A stretch of 64,000 bases of DNA, from the NCBI GenBank assembly GCA_040377305.1, contig JBEIPA010000002.1, forward strand, positions 1-64,000, given 5' to 3'. This document shows positions 60,344-64,000 of the stretch, piece by piece. The notes beneath the pieces are model-generated. The model ran no database searches. It saw nothing but the letters and a program-made list of their open reading frames with translations, and was not told the origin of the DNA. How positions within the stretch are numbered: the stretch's first letter is position 1; each line of letters opens with the position of its first letter. Both the position numbers and the translations under genes were made by a program. This DNA is from Flavobacteriales bacterium (lineage in GTDB: Bacteria > Bacteroidota > Bacteroidia > Palsa-965).

Positions 60344-61777
60344 ATGCAAAGGCTGTCAATTGTCCTCTTTCTATTTGCGATTTCTTTCTCTGTAAAAGCA
60401 GCGGAATGGACTGTGCATGGTCGCGCAGGAGTTGGTCCGGGAAATATAATTTCTGTTTACGCGTATGAAGACTACATCACGTATGTAGAAAAGAAGCTGG
60501 GTGAAACTATCACTGGCGACAGCGGCAAATTTTCAATCACCATAGATGTAGAGAAGATTTCCTGGGTTTTTCTGAAATGCGAAAATCTTTATGGATTTGT
60601 GTTCGCAACGCCGGGAAAGAAAACGGAAGTGTTTTTTCCGGCACGAGATCGTGAGTTTCAGATAAGCGCTGATGCACAATACGAAGTTCCGGTGACAATG
60701 TGGACATCTGACTCGACGGATATGAATTTTCTCGCAGCGGATTACAACGATAAGTTTAATTTCTTCTGGGGCGATTCCACCAGCAACAGATACATGGAAT
60801 TTGTGGCGGGGCAATCGGCAGAAGTACTCGACACGTTTCACAACCAGATGAACCGTGAATATCGCTGGGTAAAGAATCCGTACTTCCATACATGGCTTGA
60901 ATATGGTTTTGCTTCAATGGAGAATGCAACATTCCAGAGTGAGCGAAGAACTGCTCAGCGTTATCTTGTTGGGAAGGAAATCCGTTACGACAATCACGAG
61001 TACATGAACTTCTTCAACAACTTCTTTGAAGGATACGTGTATCGCTGGTCAATGAAGAAACAAGGCGAACGGATTTACAGCGCCATTAATATCAAAGTGA
61101 GTTACGATAGTGCAATGGCCGCTATGAGAAATCTTCCGTATCTGCAAAATGATACATTGCGTGAACTCGTATTGCTGAAAGGGTTGATGGAGTTATACTA
61201 CAACATGTCGTATGATCCGCGTAACGTCATTGCAGTTGCACAGCAGGTGGGTATTGCAAGTCCAATTCGGGAACATCGTGAAATTGCGCGCAACATCGTT
61301 CAGTTGTTTTCTAAATTGCGCGTGGGTACTATGGCAACTCACTTCACCGGAATCAACACGAAGGGTGAGAAAATTGATCCGCTCGAATTGTATAAAGGCA
61401 AATACATCTATATTTTCTTCTTCGCTACCTGGAATTCGAATTCACTGAACGAATTACGTTACATGAGCGAACTACAGAAGAAGTACGGAAAAGATATTCA
61501 GTTCGTGAGCATATCCATGGATGAGGATACTGCGGCCTGGAAGAAATTCATGAAAGCCAATCCGAAATACAATTGGCTCAATCTCCACTACGATTTCGAC
61601 AGCCGTATCAAAGCCGACTATAATCTCTTTGGTTATCCGATCGGCTACATCATCAATCCGGAAGGAAAGTTCTATACTTCACCTGCAGATAAGCCCTCTG
61701 GCGATCTGGAGTATGTATTGTATAGGATCGCTAACCCAAAGAAGCCTCCGCTGCTGCGACCGGAGGATGATCACTAG
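60344..61777 (+). CDS. Exported TlpA-like thioredoxin-fold protein lacking CxxC
   Basis: Signal peptide; KGKYIYIFFFATWNSNS, FVSISMD, YPIGYIINPEGK. Confidence 0.8.
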   Translation: MQRLSIVLFLFAISFSVKAAEWTVHGRAGVGPGNIISVYAYEDYITYVEKKLGETITGDSGKFSITIDVEKISWVFLKCENLYGFVFATPGKKTEVFFPARDREFQISADAQYEVPVTMWTSDSTDMNFLAADYNDKFNFFWGDSTSNRYMEFVAGQSAEVLDTFHNQMNREYRWVKNPYFHTWLEYGFASMENATFQSERRTAQRYLVGKEIRYDNHEYMNFFNNFFEGYVYRWSMKKQGERIYSAINIKVSYDSAMAAMRNLPYLQNDTLRELVLLKGLMELYYNMSYDPRNVIAVAQQVGIASPIREHREIARNIVQLFSKLRVGTMATHFTGINTKGEKIDPLELYKGKYIYIFFFATWNSNSLNELRYMSELQKKYGKDIQFVSISMDEDTAAWKKFMKANPKYNWLNLHYDFDSRIKADYNLFGYPIGYIINPEGKFYTSPADKPSGDLEYVLYRIANPKKPPLLRPEDDH

Positions 61778-61894
61778 CAGATTCTATTTCATCAGCATAT
61801 CAACTAATCAGCATATCAGCTAATCGACCAGCTGACTTTGTGCTACGTGAAAGATATGCTGATTTGCAAATATGCCGATTTGCAGATGGACGAA

Positions 61895-62515
61895 CTAGCG
61901 TAACTCGGAAACCACTTCAACTACCGAATGAAAAGTATCCTTCAACGCCTCAATCACACCCGCCTCATTTCTCCACTCACATTTTGAAATTCCTTCTTCA
62001 GTTTGCGGAACGAGTTTTTTAGAATCACTCGTTTTCATTTCATACCAATGCGTCTTCTTCAATATGATTTTCTCACCTTCCTTGTAGGTATGATAGGTTG
62101 GTGAAAGTGTCCGCGTAATCTTCAATCCGGAAACACCACACTCCTCTTCCACTTCACGCAATGCAGCTTTCTCTGGCGTTTCACCTTTATCGATTTTCCC
62201 TTTCGGCAAATCCCATTTTCCCCTGCGATGAATCATCAGCAACTTTCCTTCTGAATTTTTAACAGCACCGCCAGCTGCCTCAATCACCTTCGTAAGTGTT
62301 TCAATTTTATGCAACACACGCGAAGGATCGTTGTGCAGAATAATCACATGTGGAAAGAATTTCTCCTCTGAATGCGCGAGATCAATCATTACCGAAAGTG
62401 TAGCCGCAGAGTCGTAATTCACAACCAAAGTGCCTGGAATATTTGCATCCGCGCCCGCATCACTCACAATAGAGAAGGGACGGTTATTGATGAAAATCTT
62501 GTAACTTTGAGGCAT
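61895..62515 (-). CDS. NUDIX hydrolase
   Basis: WDLPKGKIDKGETPEKAALREVEEECG Nudix box. Confidence 0.93.
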   Translation of the reverse strand: MPQSYKIFINNRPFSIVSDAGADANIPGTLVVNYDSAATLSVMIDLAHSEEKFFPHVIILHNDPSRVLHKIETLTKVIEAAGGAVKNSEGKLLMIHRRGKWDLPKGKIDKGETPEKAALREVEEECGVSGLKITRTLSPTYHTYKEGEKIILKKTHWYEMKTSDSKKLVPQTEEGISKCEWRNEAGVIEALKDTFHSVVEVVSELR

Positions 62516-63157
62516 ATGCTTAATAACGCAGTGACGGCTGCGAAAGTTGCAGAATTTCTTCTTCAGATCAAAGCCGTTCGATTACAACCAACAGAACCTT
62601 TTACTTGGGCATCCGGATGGAAGTCGCCAATTTACTGCGACAACCGTAAAACCTTGTCTCACCCGCGTATCCGCACCTTTATTCGTCAGAAATTTGTCGA
62701 AGCGATCAATGCATCCTTCCCCAAACCTGATTTAATCGCAGGCGTTGCAACCGGAGCTATCGCTCAAGGTGTGCTCGTTGCCGAAGAAATGGGACTGCCT
62801 TTCGTTTATGTGCGTCCTGAACCGAAGAAACACGGTCTCGGGAACCTGATTGAAGGTGAAGTAACCAAAGGTCAGTCGGTTGTTGTGGTTGAGGATCTCA
62901 TCTCTACCGGCGGAAGCAGCCTCAAAGCAGTGGAAGCATTGCGTGAAGCAGGTTGCCACGTAAAGGGAATGGCCGCAATTTTCACCTACGGCTTCGCGAA
63001 TGCAGAAGAGAACTTTCGTGCTGCAAATGTTCAGCTCACCACACTGTGCGATTACAGCTCACTCATTCGGCAGGCAATGAAAGATAATCTCGTTGCTGAA
63101 AGCGAACTGGGACAACTCGAGGCCTGGAGAAAAGATCCTTCAACCTGGGGAAAGTAA
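62516..63157 (+). CDS. pyrE: Orotate phosphoribosyltransferase
   Basis: FTWASGWKSPIYCDNR, VVVEDLISTGGS. Confidence 0.96.
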   Translation: MLNNAVTAAKVAEFLLQIKAVRLQPTEPFTWASGWKSPIYCDNRKTLSHPRIRTFIRQKFVEAINASFPKPDLIAGVATGAIAQGVLVAEEMGLPFVYVRPEPKKHGLGNLIEGEVTKGQSVVVVEDLISTGGSSLKAVEALREAGCHVKGMAAIFTYGFANAEENFRAANVQLTTLCDYSSLIRQAMKDNLVAESELGQLEAWRKDPSTWGK

Positions 63158-63232
63158 AATTTAATACTTGAGATTTAGGATTTCAGATTTCAGTCTGCAA
63201 ATCACAAATGTCAAATCAAAATCACAATTGAA

Positions 63233-63634
63233 ATGACGCGTATTGAAACCGAAAAAGTAAATTGTCCTCAGCCTGCTGAGAAACTATATACATTCCTGAC
63301 CGACTTCAAGAATTTCCAGTCGTTGATGCCTCCACAGGTTTCAAATTGGCAATCCACAGAAGACACCTGCTCGTTCACCATTAACAACATGGCGACAGTA
63401 GGAATGAAAATTGAATCCAAAACTCCGCACAACAAAATTCACATCATCAGCGACGGAGGAAAAGTTCCTTTCACCTTTACGCTCGATGTTCTGATCACTT
63501 CTGTTGATGCAAACAACTCCATCGGGCAACTCGTGTTCGATGCTGATATTCCGATTTTCTTGCGTCCAATGGTAACCGGACCGCTGACGAACTTCTTCAA
63601 TTTGTTGGCGAAGAAGATGGCGGATATTAAATAG
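63233..63634 (+). CDS. SRPBCC/START-fold protein
   Basis: LYTFLTDFKNFQSLMP and C-terminal helix; located directly downstream of pyrE. Confidence 0.75.
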   Translation: MTRIETEKVNCPQPAEKLYTFLTDFKNFQSLMPPQVSNWQSTEDTCSFTINNMATVGMKIESKTPHNKIHIISDGGKVPFTFTLDVLITSVDANNSIGQLVFDADIPIFLRPMVTGPLTNFFNLLAKKMADIK

Positions 63635-63730
63635 CTTTCGACCACCGCTGTTTACGTCACTACAACCACACGTTACATCCTTCTTGCCGTACTGTTTTTT
63701 TCGAGTAACTTGTTTACCAAAACAGTTCTG

Positions 63731-64000
63731 ATGCGCGCCTCTTATTTATTGACCATAGTGCTGATCAATGCACTGGCCCAGGTTTCACTTGCACAAACAA
63801 ACGTATCGCTATACAGTGCGAATTATACAGGTATCTGTTCAATAGAAGACGTAGCGAGCGATTTACAAGGTGGCAATGTTTACAGTGGATCAACTTACAC
63901 CGCATCATTTTATGAACTTTTTGTAATGCGCGTTAACAGCAACGGGCAGGTTCTGTGGACAATGCGATACCCTGATACTCTTTCTATCCAAAGTTCGTCG
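63731..64000 (+). CDS. Secreted beta-propeller-like protein (partial, runs off the window)
   Basis: Open frame MRASYLLTIVLINALAQVSLAQ...FVMRVNSNGQVLWT to the window end. Confidence 0.6.
   Translation, partial: MRASYLLTIVLINALAQVSLAQTNVSLYSANYTGICSIEDVASDLQGGNVYSGSTYTASFYELFVMRVNSNGQVLWTMRYPDTLSIQSSS

Noticed and set aside
62372-62515. Long N-terminal extensions given by the ORF track (pyrE from 62372, dnaX from 30949, prsW-like from 2784, helicase from 58084)
   Set aside because: They overlap neighbours or intergenic repeats; downstream starts fit family N-termini and promoter boxes better.
1-64000. tRNA, rRNA, riboswitch or IS transposase genes
   Set aside because: None recognised by eye; a covariance-model search would be needed to exclude small RNAs.

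Overview
Bacterial chromosomal window, very likely Bacteroidota. Evidence: T9SS C-terminal sorting domains, SprB repeats, TAnnTTTG -7 promoter boxes, DUF2851/DUF3822 and an Omp28-like protein. The backbone is housekeeping (icd, dnaX, purB, rsmD, coaD, pyrE, a RecD-like helicase, LutA-like, MFS), with a LytS/LytTR pair next to T9SS surface proteins. The main accessory region is a ~19 kb single-strand island (~4427-23763). It is bounded by two copies of the 3' end of a 158-aa gene. It encodes two DNase-I-like (EEP) enzymes, an internally deleted mini-EEP, a 1447-aa DUF6603-like beta-rich protein, two large unknown partners (774 and 1209 aa) and three tail-fibre-like proteins with a shared N-terminal adaptor and swapped tips. 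I see no capsid, sheath, tube, baseplate, integrase or signal peptides, so it is the best candidate for an undescribed fibre-guided effector-delivery complex. A second, AT-rich cassette (2TM coiled coil, lamin-tail-like, TIR/SEFIR, HEPN-like; 48784-51102) looks like a candidate anti-phage system in a duplicated variable slot. All family assignments come from motifs recognised by eye; no database searches were run.
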